A DNA stretch of 64,000 nucleotides from Cyanophora paradoxa CCMP329 (Eukaryota; Plantae; Glaucophyta), in NCBI GenBank assembly GCA_004431415.1, contig QPMI01000671.1, forward strand, positions 111,172 through 175,171. The letters are read 5' to 3'. This document shows, in pieces, positions 62,601-64,000 of the stretch. A program made the translations under genes and the position numbers. The notes under the pieces were generated by a model. It had not been told where the DNA came from. It searched no databases and was given only the letters and a program-made list of their open reading frames with translations. Position 1 is the stretch's first letter. The number at the start of each line of letters is the position of its first letter.

Positions 62601-64000
62601 CAACGGCGCCCCCAGCACCTCCAAGCTCGCCACCGTCCGCCCCGCCGCCCCCTCCCTACCCCCGCCCTGCCCCGCGCCGAGCCCTCCGCGCAGTTCGAGG
62701 TGTCGCCGGGCTTCTCGATCGCGTGGGTGCCGATCGCGAGCAACGCCGGGCGCCTCGAGGTCGAGATGCGGCTCAAGGTGCGGCCCCCGCCCCGCGGCTC
62801 CGCTGCCTCGGGCGGAGGCGGCGGGGCGCAGGGGACGGGCTGGATGGGGATGGGGTTCGGGACGGGCATGGCCGGCGCCGACGTCATCCTCGCCCGCATC
62901 GCCGTGCCCCGGCCCCGCTCCTCCCCCTCGTCCCCCCGCCCCCGACGCGCGGGGCGGCAGAACTCGAACCCCGCGGTCGTCGACTGCTTCTCCTCCGGCT
63001 ACGCCCTCCCCACGCCCGACCTCAGGCAGGACGTCACCATCGTGCGCCGCCGCCCGCCCCGGCCCCCGCCCCCGCCCGCAGAGCTCACGCGAGGGCGGCG
63101 CAGGTGAGCAGCTCGCAGCAGAACGGCGAGACGCGCATCCGCTGGATCCGCCTCGCCAACACGGGCGACACCCAGGCGCGCCCCTTCCTGCCCGTGCACC
63201 CTCCCCTCCGAACTGAGCCGCGGGCAGGACAAGAGCGTGGGGCCGGGCAAGACCCCCGTCATCTTCGCGTGGTCCACCGACACGTGCGCCGCCCCGGGCC
63301 CCGCGCCCCGCGCCCCGGGCCCAGGGGCGCGCCTCGCGAGCGCCGCTGCGGCAGGGCGGAGTACGGGTACCACGGGGCGAACAAGAAGGTGCTCGCCATT
63401 GACCTCTACTCCACCGACGGCGCCGGCAGGTCCGCCCCGCCCGCCAGCCCCGCCCGCCCCGCCCCCTCCTCTCCGGCCCTCACCTGGTCCCGCCGCCTCT
63501 CCTCGCGCAGCATCGACGTCCTCTCGTCCACCACCACGTACTGTGCGCCCCGCCCCCGCGCGCCCCGCGCGCCGCGCCGGACGGGGCCCGAGGCGGCTGG
63601 GCAGCGAACGTGCACATCATGCACGGGGTGGCGATGTTCGCGGTGTGGGGCCTGCTCATCCCCTCGGCCATCTACGTCGTCCGCTTCATGCGGGCCCAGA
63701 GCTTCTGGCGCGTGACGACCACCAGCAGCCCCTCTGTGCCGGCTGAGGGGCGTGGGGCGGGGCGCAGGCTGGCGTACCACAAGGCGACGACGATGCTGGG
63801 GGCGACGATCACCTTCTCCGCCGCCGGCTCCGTCATCGCCATCTCCTCCAAGGCGCCCCCGCCCCGCCCCCCGCGCTCCGCCGCGCCGCGCCGCCGCGGG
63901 GCGCTGAGGCGGGGGCAGGGCCCGCTGCACTTCGGCATCGCCATCGCCATCGTCAGCATCCTCGTCCTCCAGGTCCCGCCCCGCAGCCGCCCGCCCCGGC
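59679..64000 (+). CDS. Signal peptide + animal-type heme peroxidase + Ser/Thr linker + DOMON + cytochrome b561 fusion (runs off the window end)
   Basis: YRQIDGTQNN, W-GQFVAHD (distal His), QVNRQTSYLDG-SVVYG, GDARGN, LFVLEHNR, LFQEAR, AAYR-YGHS (proximal His), DLAAVDVMRGRDVGLP, RFRDGDRFWYE; DOMON GWMGMGFGTGMAGADV...YGYHG; b561 HIMHGVAMFAVWGLLIPSAIYVVRF...W-LAYH...LHFGIAI. Confidence 0.9.

Overview
Gene-dense eukaryotic nuclear DNA with many short (about 45-130 nt) spliceosomal introns. It is most likely a glaucophyte alga (Cyanophora-like): an intron-split, transit-peptide-bearing murA, Phe-containing plastid transit peptides (MAF..., MERVAFV...) and centriole/cilia genes point that way (inference). 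About 26 genes can be assembled by hand, mostly as tight head-to-head pairs: SnRK1/MECR, ArfGAP/CEP295-like, BIO3-BIO1/NUP50, pentapeptide lumen protein/TRM112, FCF2/APC4, dynein light chain/DnaJ-Zn finger, OSCP1/murA and pseudokinase/carrier. Also present are LURP-one, YidD, an FHA protein and a heme peroxidase-DOMON-cytochrome b561 fusion. The other spacers are patchworks of a dispersed repeat family and copied fragments of neighbouring genes. Main observations: (1) a recurrent insertion signature X -> X.revcomp(X).X, with X of 3 nt, seen in about ten repeat-copy comparisons, which fills non-coding DNA with palindromes; (2) an intron-containing Fanzor/TnpB C-terminal remnant whose downstream terminus recurs 36 kb away between 20-bp direct repeats; (3) the peroxidase-DOMON-b561 fusion; (4) frequent GC-AG introns. 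Exon structures were inferred manually and boundaries are approximate.
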